Source: Chthoniobacterales bacterium (GTDB taxonomy: Bacteria > Verrucomicrobiota > Verrucomicrobiia > Chthoniobacterales > UBA6821). From it: 64,000 bases of DNA. The stretch lies in the NCBI GenBank assembly GCA_019747895.1, contig JAIEQF010000013.1:67104-131103 (forward strand), in the 5' to 3' direction. The notes below the pieces were generated by a model. That model was given only the letters and a program-made list of their open reading frames with translations. It had not been told where the DNA came from and ran no database searches. The translations under genes and the position numbers were made by a program. This document shows positions 36,316-47,154 of the stretch, one piece after another; the first letter of the stretch is position 1; every line of letters starts with the position of its first letter.

Positions 36316-38706
36316 ATGTTTTCTCACAAAAAAATATCACCAAAAACAAAACTGAGCCTTCTTACGGGCTTGCTCTTTATTGTTGTCATCGGAATTGTAT
36401 GGCTTTTGCAGACTCCATCTCCTGAAGAAGCTTTTGGCGATACAGGAAAATTTTGGGATTTGTTGCGGACGACTTGTGGTGGATGGACTCCAACATTCAT
36501 GCTAGGGCATAGTGCAACTATTTACCACGTAGCGATCATTGATCTTTTCGTTCATTATCTTTTTGTCCCTTTTCAATCTTTCTTAACGTTATTTGTCATC
36601 ACGAAGATTATTGGGCTTGTTTCCCTAGCAGCCAGTGGAGTGACGATGTTCTTTTTTATTCGGCGGTTGACGCGGGATGAGACGCAGGCGGCTGTGGCAG
36701 GATTGGCCTATGTGATGATGCCATCGATCACGGTGGCGATGGGCATTTATGAGCATTTCAGCGTGACGCTTTGTTTTGTTTTTGTCCCTTTGATTTTGCG
36801 AGGGATTTTAGTTTTGTCGGAAGAAGCATCGCCACGAGAAATTGTAGGACTCGGTTTAGCAGCTAGTGCGATTGCGTTGAGTTATACAAAAATCGCCGTC
36901 GTGATTTCGCCAATCCTTTTGTTGTGGACGTTGGAAGTCTTGCGTTTGCAGCCTGCGAATGCTCGTTTGAAAATCATGGGGCATTACGCCGTGAGTGCTG
37001 GTCTGGCACTAGCGCTGGCGCTTCCTTTTTTGTTGCCGGCTTCACGTGAGTTTGGTTTTGCCGCAGGATTTCTTTTTGATCCGCTGGATGGATGGCAGCA
37101 TCATTACGCTTTTAAGTCAGCGCTCCAGTGGATCGATCTCTGGGGTGTTTTCATCAAAGGTTCTGGTCCTAATGTTGAAAGGGATTCTGTGATGTTTGCC
37201 ATTGGGTTGATGCCGATGCTCGGCATTTCTTTTGGGTTGGGTCTTTCTTCTCTTGAAGAGTGGCGCCGCTCTTCGCTCGGACGTTGGTTTTTGATCTTAG
37301 TAGCTTGTTGGTTGCTTTCTATTAATCTGGCTGCTGGTCCTGATGGGGTTCTTTTAGGACATTGGCATCTTTTGAAAGAGAGTGCTCGTGGCATGTTTGA
37401 CTTTGCTATTCCTTGCCTTTGGTTTGCTCTGGCGTGGCTGGTTTGGATGAGTTATCAGACCATTTGTTGTCTTATTGGAGGCAAAGCATGGCGCTCCTGG
37501 TTGTTGTTGGCCGTGTTTTTGGCGACGCCATTTTTTCGCATCGCTGCAGCATTTCCTCTTTTTAACGACATTCGCGCCCCTGAATCTTTTTGGAGTGTTG
37601 GTGGTTTTTGTGTCTTGGCGGCCGCGGTGGGGATGGTCACGGTGGCACTTTTTACAAAAGTGATTTTAAGTCGACTTCGTGTGATCAGCGCCATCGGTAT
37701 TGGGCTTCTTTTTTTATTAGAGCTCTATCCGATTCACTCTGCTTATTGGACGCGAGGGCTTCCTGAGGAACTTTTTTCTGATTACGATCAAGCTCTTGTT
37801 TTTTTAAAAAATGCTCCTTTGCCCGGTCGCGTGCACCCTCTTTGTAGTCGCTATTTTTATTTAACTATTCCTCAGAAGACAGGCCGCTCTCTTAGTACCG
37901 AAGCGCTTCTGCGTCATTTTGAGTTAAAATGGGTTCGACATTTTGAGGCTGCAGGAATGGCTAATATCGATGCGATGAAAAGCTATCTGAACCTTGCTGG
38001 CGTTTCTTATATTTTCATTGATAAAGAAGATCCGCTAACACCGAAGCAGGCGCAAGACGTCTATCGTTCCTTCTTTCCGGTCGTTTTTGAAAATCGTTCG
38101 ATTGCTATCTTAGCCAATGAAGCCTCGCTCTATCCTGCTTTTTTGGCGCGTAACTTTGTTGCGCTCCCTCTGGAAAGCTACCAGCAGGCTCCGATGGCCT
38201 TGCAGTTGGCAAGAATGAATCTCCTTGGAGTAGAGCTTGCGCAAAGCGATCAAAGACAGAGTGGGTTTGCAGGAAGAGCTACTGGAAATAATCAGGTGGA
38301 GCTTCTCCCTCAATACCAAGGCCGCGGAGGTGCTCCTTTTCAACGTGTGGCGTCTGTTGGTAATCGTGCTGATGATTATGGAAAGATGACCTATCGTTTG
38401 CCACCTACAGTTTCAGGATGGCTAACAGTTACTGAGGCCTTTCATCCAGATTGGACCGCAATGATCGATGGGCAGCCAGCTGATATTCATCGTGCTGCTG
38501 CTGCATTGCTTTCTGTCTATGTGCCACTCGGGTCTCAAGAAATTATTTTTAAATTTATTCAACCTGCTTGGTATACGCTTTCATTTTATTTGGGATGCTT
38601 CCTCTGGTTCATGGCGCTGGGAGGATTTATCTTCTTTCGTACTCGCTGGGCGCGTTCTGATTTGAAAACCTGGTGGTTAGGTTCTTATACCACTTCCATT
38701 AAATAA
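36316..38706 (+). CDS. Multi-pass membrane protein, YfhO-like GT-C candidate
   Basis: Many TM segments; C-terminal WLTVTEAFHPDWTAMIDG motif; last residues and stop come from a PE2 end. Confidence 0.65.
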   Translation: MFSHKKISPKTKLSLLTGLLFIVVIGIVWLLQTPSPEEAFGDTGKFWDLLRTTCGGWTPTFMLGHSATIYHVAIIDLFVHYLFVPFQSFLTLFVITKIIGLVSLAASGVTMFFFIRRLTRDETQAAVAGLAYVMMPSITVAMGIYEHFSVTLCFVFVPLILRGILVLSEEASPREIVGLGLAASAIALSYTKIAVVISPILLLWTLEVLRLQPANARLKIMGHYAVSAGLALALALPFLLPASREFGFAAGFLFDPLDGWQHHYAFKSALQWIDLWGVFIKGSGPNVERDSVMFAIGLMPMLGISFGLGLSSLEEWRRSSLGRWFLILVACWLLSINLAAGPDGVLLGHWHLLKESARGMFDFAIPCLWFALAWLVWMSYQTICCLIGGKAWRSWLLLAVFLATPFFRIAAAFPLFNDIRAPESFWSVGGFCVLAAAVGMVTVALFTKVILSRLRVISAIGIGLLFLLELYPIHSAYWTRGLPEELFSDYDQALVFLKNAPLPGRVHPLCSRYFYLTIPQKTGRSLSTEALLRHFELKWVRHFEAAGMANIDAMKSYLNLAGVSYIFIDKEDPLTPKQAQDVYRSFFPVVFENRSIAILANEASLYPAFLARNFVALPLESYQQAPMALQLARMNLLGVELAQSDQRQSGFAGRATGNNQVELLPQYQGRGGAPFQRVASVGNRADDYGKMTYRLPPTVSGWLTVTEAFHPDWTAMIDGQPADIHRAAAALLSVYVPLGSQEIIFKFIQPAWYTLSFYLGCFLWFMALGGFIFFRTRWARSDLKTWWLGSYTTSIK

Positions 38707-38848
38707 TCGGACTATTGTGACTTATTCTTTTGCTCCCTAGCTTCGTTGTCAGAGCTTACGTTATGCTTGCATAGCGCCTCACTCTTCTGACTTGCTAGAA
38801 ACCAAAACTCCTGCGTCCTATAGTCTCATTATTTAATGGAAGTGGTAT
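38687..38848. mobile_element. PE2 copy 2, between two convergent genes
   Basis: Perfect 21-bp terminal inverted repeat ataccacttccattaaataat; same internal motifs as copy 1. Confidence 0.85.
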
Positions 38849-39837
38849 TAGTCCTCAAAATCAAACGGATGATTTTTTAATGCTGGCAACCATTCTTGTA
38901 CCCAAGCAATAACGCTATCAATGCCATCTTCTAATTCAATATTGGGAGACCAATAAAGTTCGCGGTGACTTTTGGTGTTATCTAAGAGATAGGCTGCATC
39001 TTTACCGGGACGATCTTCAACAATGGTCACCGCATTCTCAAAAGTAACATTCATACGATCGCAAATCAAAGCTACAAGATCACTAATTGAAGTGAAGCGA
39101 CTAGTTGAAAGATGATAAGCTTCGCCTGGAGTGCCCTGGCGAGCAGCCTTTAAAGTGCCTGAGACAACGTCATCGACATGAATAAAAGAGCGTACCGCAT
39201 GACCTTTACCATGAAGGGGGATTTTTTTTCCTAACAAAATGGAGAGGATGGTGCGAGGGATGATGCGATGAGTCCGTTGTCCAGGGCCATAAACGTTTGC
39301 TGCCCGAGTAAAGACAACAGGAAAGGAGTCGTTTTTAAAAATAGCGTTGAGGTGCCATTCGCAAGCAGCACGCGATGCGCCATGATGGGTGCTAGGATTA
39401 AAAGATTGGGTTTCTACGACAGGGTCTTGGCATGTTCCATAAACTTCAGGAGTAGAAACGTGAACATATTTTTTAAGAAAGGAAAAATGTTTTAATCGAT
39501 CATGAAGCTTGGTGTTGCTAAAAAAGTTGGTTTGGTACCACTCTTCGATTCCTTTGTTGTTTTTTGATGCTCTGCGCTGTGCAGCAAAATTAATCACATA
39601 ATCTGGTTTGTAAGCCCGAATCACGTTAGCTATTTCGTCAGTGTGCTGATTGAGGTCGAATTGTTCAAAAGAAAAACCGCGACCCGCTCCATGTTTCCAA
39701 TGATAAGGAGTGAAGGGAATGCTTGGTTCTGCCGAGCGGCTAATGCCTAAGACCCTAGATTCTTGGGTGAGAGCGTGATGAACAAAGTGGCTTCCTGAAA
39801 AAGAATTGCTTCCAATAACAACGATTTTTTCACTCAT
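38848..39837 (-). CDS. NDP-sugar 4,6-dehydratase-like extended SDR
   Basis: GSNSFSG, NFAAQ, STPEVYG, RAANVYGPGQ, DRPGKDAAY; the catalytic YxxxK appears as HGASR, so activity is uncertain. Confidence 0.75.
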   Translation of the reverse strand: MSEKIVVIGSNSFSGSHFVHHALTQESRVLGISRSAEPSIPFTPYHWKHGAGRGFSFEQFDLNQHTDEIANVIRAYKPDYVINFAAQRRASKNNKGIEEWYQTNFFSNTKLHDRLKHFSFLKKYVHVSTPEVYGTCQDPVVETQSFNPSTHHGASRAACEWHLNAIFKNDSFPVVFTRAANVYGPGQRTHRIIPRTILSILLGKKIPLHGKGHAVRSFIHVDDVVSGTLKAARQGTPGEAYHLSTSRFTSISDLVALICDRMNVTFENAVTIVEDRPGKDAAYLLDNTKSHRELYWSPNIELEDGIDSVIAWVQEWLPALKNHPFDFED

Positions 39838-39935
39838 GATTGATGCGCAGCCTACAATAGGGTTCTTTTATTGAAAATAAAAATTTGGTTTTTAAGGGAA
39901 CAGTGTTTACTTTTAGAGCATCATTCTTATCCATC

Positions 39936-40907
39936 ATGAGACCTGAGTTTTCTAACATAACTGAACAACCATTTTTTTTATCGTCATCTGGTGATGCAAA
40001 AAAAAAGGAACCTCTTCCTTTCGAGAAAACAGAAAAAATTAATTCCTCTCACCTTGATATTATTAGAGATATTGCTCGGGCGATCTATCCTAAAAAAAGT
40101 ATAGAAGCTGCTTCTGAAAAATTTAGTGGCAGTGATTCTTTGAGTGCTTCTCCAACGGTAAAAGAAAGTATGAAGATCACTGTTCCTTTTCATCACGATC
40201 TGGAGGAGGACCAAACGACTGTTAGTAGCAGGAGTCAAGCTGCGAGTCCTTCCTCTTCCACCATTAGTGAACTCTCCGGTAGTGAGATATCCAGTAAGGC
40301 TTCTTCTCCAAAATCACCGAAAGAAGTCCGTTATCAAAAAATGTTAACGGCCGCTCATGCTACAGAGATTGATGCAGAGTATGCAAAGCTGTGTGAGCAT
40401 TGGAAGGGAGTTAATTCAAAATTAGAAAACAAAGGATATTATAATGTGGCTTCAGATCTTTTAGAGCGTCTTGCAGAGCAGCTTTCTACTCAACCAGATT
40501 CATCCCTTGAAGAAGGCCTTGTACAGGCGAACAAAGGAGTAAGCGATTTTGCAAAACAGAATAAAACAGCTAATCAACCAGCTTTTGATCAAAAATTACG
40601 AAAAGAATATCAACAAGTGCACGCTACGTTTCAAAAAGCGTTGCAGCAATACTTAGTTTCTAAGGAGATTGCTGAACTCAGATTGCTCCATGCCTCGCCT
40701 AAGGAAGAAGGGCTTTTAGTCGATTTTTTAGGAGAAAAAAAAGCAACTTTAGATCAAGCAATGATTTCTTTAGAAAAAATTAAACAAACGATTAAAGAGG
40801 ACAATCATCAAAAATCCATTGAATCTCTCCGAAATGCTTATCCAGAAGCGGCAACGCTAGAGGAAGCTCGAGAACAATGGATGAACGACTTGCCAAATGG
40901 AATTTAG
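39936..40907 (+). CDS. Hypothetical protein, Ser-rich N-half and helical C-half
   Basis: 323-aa ORF from ATG 39936; no recognised domain. Confidence 0.65.
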   Translation: MRPEFSNITEQPFFLSSSGDAKKKEPLPFEKTEKINSSHLDIIRDIARAIYPKKSIEAASEKFSGSDSLSASPTVKESMKITVPFHHDLEEDQTTVSSRSQAASPSSSTISELSGSEISSKASSPKSPKEVRYQKMLTAAHATEIDAEYAKLCEHWKGVNSKLENKGYYNVASDLLERLAEQLSTQPDSSLEEGLVQANKGVSDFAKQNKTANQPAFDQKLRKEYQQVHATFQKALQQYLVSKEIAELRLLHASPKEEGLLVDFLGEKKATLDQAMISLEKIKQTIKEDNHQKSIESLRNAYPEAATLEEAREQWMNDLPNGI

Positions 40908-40973
40908 GTCTGTGTATGAAAGTTCTTGATAAAGCCTCAGCGACGTTTAAATTCTTTCTCCTCTTGTTTCATT

Positions 40974-41720
40974 ATGAATACACTCTCTATCCGTAACCTC
41001 CATGCTTCTATCGGTGATAAGCCGATCCTTCGAGGCCTCAACTTAGATATTCCTCAAGGTGAGGTGCATGCCATTATGGGAAAAAATGGTTCTGGAAAAA
41101 GCACTCTTGCAAAAGTCATGGCCGGACATCCTGATTATACCGTCACCAGTGGTGATGTGCTCCTCAATGGGCAAAGCATTCTTGGTATGGAGCCTGATGT
41201 ACGGGCGCGTTTGGGGCTCTTTCTTGCTTTTCAATATCCGATGGAAATTCCAGGAGTGACCATTGCCAACTTTATCCGAGCTGCTGTGCAGGCTCGTCTG
41301 CCTGAAGGAGAAGAGTTGGAAGCCACGGAGTATTACGCAAAGCTTTACGCTAAGATGGATGAGTTGAGTATCCCTCGTGCCTTTACCTCACGTTCCGTGA
41401 ACGAAGGGTTTTCGGGTGGAGAAAAAAAGCGGTGTGAAGTTTTGCAAATGGCAATGCTTCAACCGCGCTATGCCGTGCTTGACGAAACAGACAGCGGTCT
41501 TGACATCGATGCGCTTAAAGTTGTTTCGTCAGGAGTCAATGCCCTCCGAGGCCCAGAAGTCGGAATGCTTGTCATTACGCACTACCAAAGGCTTCTCGAT
41601 TACATCGTGCCTGACAAAGTCCATGTCATGGCCGAAGGAGAGATTGTCTTGAGTGGGGATAAAGATCTGGCTTTGAAACTAGAGGCAGAGGGTTATGATT
41701 GGGTGACGGCAAAGAATTAA
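40974..41720 (+). CDS. sufC: Fe-S cluster assembly ATPase SufC
   Basis: [38 protein letters not shown]. Confidence 0.96.
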   Translation: MNTLSIRNLHASIGDKPILRGLNLDIPQGEVHAIMGKNGSGKSTLAKVMAGHPDYTVTSGDVLLNGQSILGMEPDVRARLGLFLAFQYPMEIPGVTIANFIRAAVQARLPEGEELEATEYYAKLYAKMDELSIPRAFTSRSVNEGFSGGEKKRCEVLQMAMLQPRYAVLDETDSGLDIDALKVVSSGVNALRGPEVGMLVITHYQRLLDYIVPDKVHVMAEGEIVLSGDKDLALKLEAEGYDWVTAKN

Positions 41721-41925
41721 CCACAAAGAACTACAAAAAAAGAAGAAATTAACCGCAAAGAAGGAAATACAAAAAGTTGAAGGTAGAGGCTTCCTTGGTT
41801 AATGTTCTGTATTCATTCGCATGAGAATCGAAGCTTATGAATTTGAGAGAGCAAGCTGCTGTCAGATTTTTTCTTTGCGTTCCTTGCGGTTAATTATTTT
41901 TCCTTATGTTATTTTGCGGTTAATT
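41716..41925. repeat. Inverted 9-mer REP-like pair between sufC and sufB
   Basis: aattaaccacaaagaa...ttaaccgcaaagaa (41716-41763) versus ttctttgcgttccttgcggttaat...ttgcggttaatt (41869-41925). Confidence 0.8.
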
Positions 41926-41941
41926 TCCCTATTCTTCTTTT

Positions 41942-43354
41942 ATGAACACTGAAACTAAACCTGATATTAACATCGATCGTTCTGTTGGCGATTTTCGTTA
42001 CGATGTCGACTATGCCTTTGATGCTGGCGTGGGCTTGACGGAGAAGACGATCGATTATATTTGCGATGTGAAGGGAGATCCTGATTGGGTCCGAAAATTT
42101 CGTAAAGAGGGATATAAAAAATTTCTTGAAAAACCGATGCCGACCCATTGGGCCAGCAAAGATCTTGAGAACATCGTCTTTGAGAATATTCGTTATTACC
42201 TCTCACAAGGACAGGTTCCTAAACGCAGTTGGGATGATGTTCCCGAAGATGTGAAGAGAACTTTTGAGCGGCTCGGTATTCCAGAACAAGAACGAAAATT
42301 TCTGGCTGGTGTCGAAGCTCAGTTTGATAGCGAAGCCGCCTATTCCAACATCAAAGAAGCTGTCGGCAAACAAGGTGTCATCTTTGTTGGCAGCACCGAG
42401 GGATTACAAAAACATCCCGAGATTTTTAAAAAATGGTTTGGAAAAGTCATTCCAAGTGGCGACAACAAATTTAGCGCGCTCAATAGTGCTGTCTTTAGTG
42501 GAGGAAGTTTTATTTACATCCCTCCTGGAGTGAAGGTCTCTCATCCGCTGCAGGCCTACTTCCGCATCAATGCACAAAATTTTGGTCAATTTGAACGAAC
42601 ACTCATCATTGCTGACGAAGGATCCGAAGTCACCTATATGGAAGGATGCACGGCGCCAAAATTTGAAACAGCAACGCTGCACAGTGCTGTGGTGGAGCTC
42701 GTCGCGCTCAAAGGAGCCAAGATCCAATACATCACGGTGCAAAATTGGAGCTCCAATGTTTTTAACTTAGTGACGAAGCGTGGCCTTGCTCATGAAGATG
42801 CCGAGATCAAATGGATCGATTGCAATATTGGTTCCCGCCTGACGATGAAATATCCTGGTGTGGTAATGAAAGGACGCCGTGCGCGTGGAGAGGTCATTTC
42901 GATTGCTCTTGCGGGTGATGGTCAACATCAGGATACGGGAGCCAAAATGGTCCATGCTGCTGATGAGACCACGAGCAATATCATTTCTAAATCGATTAGT
43001 TTGGGGACCGGTCGCTCGACTTACCGCGGGATGGTGCATATTCCGAAGCATCTTAAAAAATGCAAAAACAATACGGAGTGTGATGCCCTTCTCATCAATG
43101 CCAACAGCCGCACCGACACGTATCCTGCGATCACCGTTCGTGGTCAAGGTCACTCGGTGCAGCATGAGGCGAGTGTCAGCCAAATTAACGCAGAACAGAT
43201 TTTTTATATGCAACAACGTGGGTTGAGTGAGGCTGCTGCAATGAGCTTAGCTGTGAATGGTTTTGTCAATGACCTCGTGCAGCAATTTCCGATGGAATAT
43301 TCGGTGGAGCTGAAAAGGCTGATTGATCTCGAGATGGAGGGATCGGTTGGCTAG
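41942..43354 (+). CDS. sufB: Fe-S cluster assembly protein SufB
   Basis: [42 protein letters not shown]. Confidence 0.97.
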   Translation: MNTETKPDINIDRSVGDFRYDVDYAFDAGVGLTEKTIDYICDVKGDPDWVRKFRKEGYKKFLEKPMPTHWASKDLENIVFENIRYYLSQGQVPKRSWDDVPEDVKRTFERLGIPEQERKFLAGVEAQFDSEAAYSNIKEAVGKQGVIFVGSTEGLQKHPEIFKKWFGKVIPSGDNKFSALNSAVFSGGSFIYIPPGVKVSHPLQAYFRINAQNFGQFERTLIIADEGSEVTYMEGCTAPKFETATLHSAVVELVALKGAKIQYITVQNWSSNVFNLVTKRGLAHEDAEIKWIDCNIGSRLTMKYPGVVMKGRRARGEVISIALAGDGQHQDTGAKMVHAADETTSNIISKSISLGTGRSTYRGMVHIPKHLKKCKNNTECDALLINANSRTDTYPAITVRGQGHSVQHEASVSQINAEQIFYMQQRGLSEAAAMSLAVNGFVNDLVQQFPMEYSVELKRLIDLEMEGSVG

Positions 43355-43389
43355 AAAAAAGAATGAGTCACAAAGAATATTTAGAAAAA

Positions 43390-43590
43390 AGAATAGCCAC
43401 AAAAGAACGCAAAGAACGCAAAGAAAGAAAATTGAGCTGATAGCATATTCTTTAGTGTCGCTTGCAATCTACTTTTGAATGCAGGAAAAGTAAGCGAGGT
43501 AGTATTATTTTTTGCGTTCTTTGTGTTCTTTTGTGGCTATTCTCTTCTTTTCCTTAAGTTACTTTATGGCTATGCTCTTCGCGGTTAATT
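43390..43590. repeat. Inverted 9-mer REP-like pair between sufB and sufD
   Basis: gaatagccacaaaagaacgcaaagaacgcaaagaa versus ttttgcgttctttgtgttcttttgtggctattc. Confidence 0.85.
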
Positions 43591-43597
43591 TTTTGAT

Positions 43598-44866
43598 ATG
43601 AATATTGTTTCCCAACATCAGATTTCTTCGGACTTGCCAGCTTGGTTTTCCGAACAACAAAAGCAGGCTTGGACTGAATTTCAATCGGTGCCACAGCCAA
43701 CGCGTCATGACGAACTGTGGCGTTTTTCCAATTTAAAAATTCTGGATCTTGCTCGGTGGCATTTGGCATCGGCACCGGCAGATGTGGATGCGTTGCTCGC
43801 TCGCTCACGAGGTCTGAGCGATCTTGCTGCTAAGCTCGTCTTTGCTAACGATCGTTTGATTTTGCGAGAGATCAAAAATCTTCCTGAAGGCGTTCTGCTC
43901 CTGCCGTTGGAGGAAGCGGCTCGTGATCATGAAGCCTTGTTTGAGCGTTATTTTATGAAGCATCCTACGCTTCTCGGTTCAGCCAAGATTGCAGCGCTGC
44001 ATCGTGCGCAACTAAAAACAGGAGCTTTTCTCTACGTGCCAGCTGGAGTGAAGGTTGAAAAACCGATTGAGCTTTGGCATTGGAGTGAAGGGGATCATAT
44101 CGCGATTTTTCCACATACGCTCGTCGTCTGCGAGGAGGGGAGCTCTGCTTCCGTCATTGATCATTTTTTCTCGATGAACAACGAGGCCTCCTTTGTTGCA
44201 GGGGTGAATGATTTGATTGTAAAAGCAGATGCTCATCTCAAATATATTGCTGTTCAAAATTGGAGCCGTGAAACAACGGCGTTTCATTTGAATACGACCG
44301 GCGTTGGCAAGAATGCTGTTGCTACCTCGCTGCAACTTAACTTAGGAGGTCGGTACATCCGCACGGAGAGTAACAGTCGTCTTTTAGAAGAGGGCGCTCG
44401 CAGCGTGATGCTTTCAATCAACCCAATGGATGCGGATCGTGAGGTGGATCAACGGACCTTTCAAGATCACCTTGCTCCGAGTGCTACGAGTGATTTGCTT
44501 TATCACAATGCGCTCGATGATCGTTCGAGGAGTGTTTTTTCGGGGCTGATTAAAGTTGGAACGGCGGCTCATGAGACCGATGCTTATCAAAAAGTCCGCA
44601 ACCTCATGCTCAGCGACGAGGCCGAGGCCAACTCGATGCCAGGACTGGAGATCTTGGCTGATCGCGTCCGCTGCTCCCACGGTGCGACCTCAGGAGAACT
44701 CAATCAAGATGAACTTTTTTATATGATGGCCCGCGGCATCCCTCCACAAAAGGCAGCGAAGTTGATCGTTCGCGGATTTTTTGAAACAGTCTTGAGACGT
44801 CTTGAGGAACCTTCGTTAGAAAAATATTTTGGACACTTGCTGGATAGGCGATTAGCGTTGGGATAA
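43598..44866 (+). CDS. sufD: Fe-S cluster assembly protein SufD
   Basis: ELWRFS, SRSVFSGLIKV, PGLEILADRVRCSHGAT, LFYMMARGI. Confidence 0.94.
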   Translation: MNIVSQHQISSDLPAWFSEQQKQAWTEFQSVPQPTRHDELWRFSNLKILDLARWHLASAPADVDALLARSRGLSDLAAKLVFANDRLILREIKNLPEGVLLLPLEEAARDHEALFERYFMKHPTLLGSAKIAALHRAQLKTGAFLYVPAGVKVEKPIELWHWSEGDHIAIFPHTLVVCEEGSSASVIDHFFSMNNEASFVAGVNDLIVKADAHLKYIAVQNWSRETTAFHLNTTGVGKNAVATSLQLNLGGRYIRTESNSRLLEEGARSVMLSINPMDADREVDQRTFQDHLAPSATSDLLYHNALDDRSRSVFSGLIKVGTAAHETDAYQKVRNLMLSDEAEANSMPGLEILADRVRCSHGATSGELNQDELFYMMARGIPPQKAAKLIVRGFFETVLRRLEEPSLEKYFGHLLDRRLALG

Positions 44867-44879
44867 CGTTAATTTTGAT

Positions 44880-45179
44880 ATGGATCGTTTTGATACTGGT
44901 GCAGCTAGTTATAGAAAGGATTATTCATTGCCAAAAGCTCCTGCTGGGACATTTTTTAATAGCAGCTTAGGAGATTATTTAACGAAAAAGGAAATCGGAC
45001 AAGGGACTGTTAAAGCGGATCCAGTGGCTCCCGAAAGAGCGCCAAGTGCTCCCGAGAAAAGTTTTTTTTTTTTCGATGGCCTTTTTTTCTCTCGTTTAGA
45101 AGTGAAGGGGAGAAAGCAGCCTCGCAAGCAACAGGCCAGAATGGACAAGTGGGAAAAAGAAAAACCTACACTCCGGTAG
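44880..45179 (+). CDS. Hypothetical ORF, probably the 5' part of a gene split at a T12 tract
   Basis: T12 at 45062-45073; one extra T fuses it with the 45149 ORF. Confidence 0.5.
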   Translation: MDRFDTGAASYRKDYSLPKAPAGTFFNSSLGDYLTKKEIGQGTVKADPVAPERAPSAPEKSFFFFDGLFFSRLEVKGRKQPRKQQARMDKWEKEKPTLR

Positions 45180-46057
45180 AGAAAGCAAAAGTCCGTGAGA
45201 TGATCCATGAAAACTATGGAGGAGATGAAGCCGTCTTAAACCGGTTTGATCAGTTGCAACCTCAAAAAGTCTCTTCCTATAGATTTTGGACATCGAGGCA
45301 AGCGAACAAAGACTCTCAGCCTTCTGAAGTTAAGTATTCCCATGAAGACCTTCGGCGTTTTTTAGATGCGCCTGCACAGAGGGTAGCACTTGATACGATG
45401 GTTCAAAAGACGCTTCGTGAACTTAGTGCGCATTTTAAATTGAAACCAACTTCGAATGTTGACTATAAGAGTGCCATAAAAGCAGCTAATGATATGGAGT
45501 CATTTCTTAACAAAGGAGATTTGGCTTCGGCCCATCGAGCAGCTCTTGCATTTCGTGGCTTTGCTCGTTCTGCGATGAATGCAGCCAAATATGAGGCTGC
45601 AGTACGTGGGGAAAACCCAAGTTCTCTTTCAAGATCGAGCACTCCTGATTCTATGACGACAGAAGAGTCTACGGTTTCCGCGAAGGGCCAAGAGATCGAA
45701 TTACATCCGGACTATGAGTATTCTCAACAACAACTCAGTCATTTAATGGACTCAAGTAAAAAGGAGATTCAAAAACTGCAAAGTTATCGAATGAGACCAT
45801 CAGCGAAAGAGATAACAGCTGTCAAAGAGATGATTGAAGAGGGACTTGAGCAGTTTCGCTTTTTAAGTGAGCCGCATTTTAATAATCATAAGAAAATAAC
45901 GACACAGAATCAGCTTCAGATTGCTTCAAAAATCAGTATTGTTCAGAATTTTTTATCAATTGCTTTAAAACCATCGGTTACTCTTTCAGACCTTCAATCA
46001 GCTTTGGATCATCTTCAAGAAGCTACTAACCTGTACCATCAACTTCCAAATAAATAA
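45149..46057 (+). CDS. Hypothetical helical protein, probably the 3' part of the same gene
   Basis: Its frame is open from 45014, through the T tract. Confidence 0.6.
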   Translation: MGKRKTYTPVEKAKVREMIHENYGGDEAVLNRFDQLQPQKVSSYRFWTSRQANKDSQPSEVKYSHEDLRRFLDAPAQRVALDTMVQKTLRELSAHFKLKPTSNVDYKSAIKAANDMESFLNKGDLASAHRAALAFRGFARSAMNAAKYEAAVRGENPSSLSRSSTPDSMTTEESTVSAKGQEIELHPDYEYSQQQLSHLMDSSKKEIQKLQSYRMRPSAKEITAVKEMIEEGLEQFRFLSEPHFNNHKKITTQNQLQIASKISIVQNFLSIALKPSVTLSDLQSALDHLQEATNLYHQLPNK

Positions 46058-47154
46058 TCAGCTCCCGGGCGCTGATAGCGAAAGCCACTGAGGGTTGGTG
46101 TCGTTGAAATCTTTTTTCCAAGACCCAGGAATTTAAACGAGCGGCCCATGGTTTCTGGGTGTAGCAGTGTCTGTAGAAGACGAAATTCTTTTTGCTCAGC
46201 AGGTGTGAGCATTTTATTTTCAAACGTTCGCAACCAAGCTTCGGAGGCTCCAATAAGAAAATGATGCTGATCACTATAGCCGAGGATTTCAAAATGATGT
46301 TGCAGCGCTTTCTCAGCAAGGTCGGTAAAATCGACATGGGCTGTGATGTCGCGCTTGCCAATATTCTCAAAAGGATTGTCGTAGCGCTGATGGTTTTCAT
46401 AACAGGCAATGCTTCCTTCCGCTCGGTAAGAGGCAAAGCGATCGACTCCCGCATACCCATAATCTGCGACGAGGATCATGCCTCGCTTCATCCGTGCCTC
46501 AATAGCTTGCAGCCAGGGAGCGATGCCAAGCCGCACTTCCCATAAAAATCCCGGAGCAAGATCGCGCGGTAGTTTTTTTGCGACGCTCTGGAGTTCCTCT
46601 TGTTCGATCGGAAGCGTGATCCAATCATTTGCTGTCACACGTTGTTCTTGCCACTCCCCATCATTCCAGCGGAGCAAGTGAACAGGGAAGGCATCTAGAA
46701 GTTCATTCGAAAAATGGACGCCTTCAAATTCTGGGAGGTCCTCAAGTTTTTCTACCCAGAAAACATTTCGATGGTGCTTCAATGTCTCTTGCTGTTTTTT
46801 TTGATGAATAAAAAAAGGCTCAATGATGTAGTAGTGGATCGCAGAAAAAAAATCTGATGAGGCTTCCGCTGCCTCCAAAATATCGAGGGCCAGCCTTCCG
46901 TCGTTGGCTCCTTGTTCTAGGAGCGTGAAAGGTTTTGGTCGGCCCATTTTTTCCCAGAGCTCTTTAAAAAAGAGTGCCAAAATTTTCCCGTAAATTTTTC
47001 CCACGCTTACATTGGTAAAAAAATCACCAGCTTTGCCAATGTGGACGCGACCAGAAGCGTAGTAGCCCTGCTCAGGATCGTAGAGAGCCTGCTCCATAAA
47101 TTGGGCGAAGGAGATGGAAGGGGAATTCACAGCGATGAAAAAATTATTAACCAC
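46039..47154 (-). CDS. SAM-dependent methyltransferase, MidA/NDUFAF7 family
   Basis: FAQFMEQALYDP..GYY, GDFFT, EQGANDG, SNELLDAFP, DYGY, DITAHVDF; start uncertain. Confidence 0.9.
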   Translation of the reverse strand: MVNNFFIAVNSPSISFAQFMEQALYDPEQGYYASGRVHIGKAGDFFTNVSVGKIYGKILALFFKELWEKMGRPKPFTLLEQGANDGRLALDILEAAEASSDFFSAIHYYIIEPFFIHQKKQQETLKHHRNVFWVEKLEDLPEFEGVHFSNELLDAFPVHLLRWNDGEWQEQRVTANDWITLPIEQEELQSVAKKLPRDLAPGFLWEVRLGIAPWLQAIEARMKRGMILVADYGYAGVDRFASYRAEGSIACYENHQRYDNPFENIGKRDITAHVDFTDLAEKALQHHFEILGYSDQHHFLIGASEAWLRTFENKMLTPAEQKEFRLLQTLLHPETMGRSFKFLGLGKKISTTPTLSGFRYQRPGADYLFGS

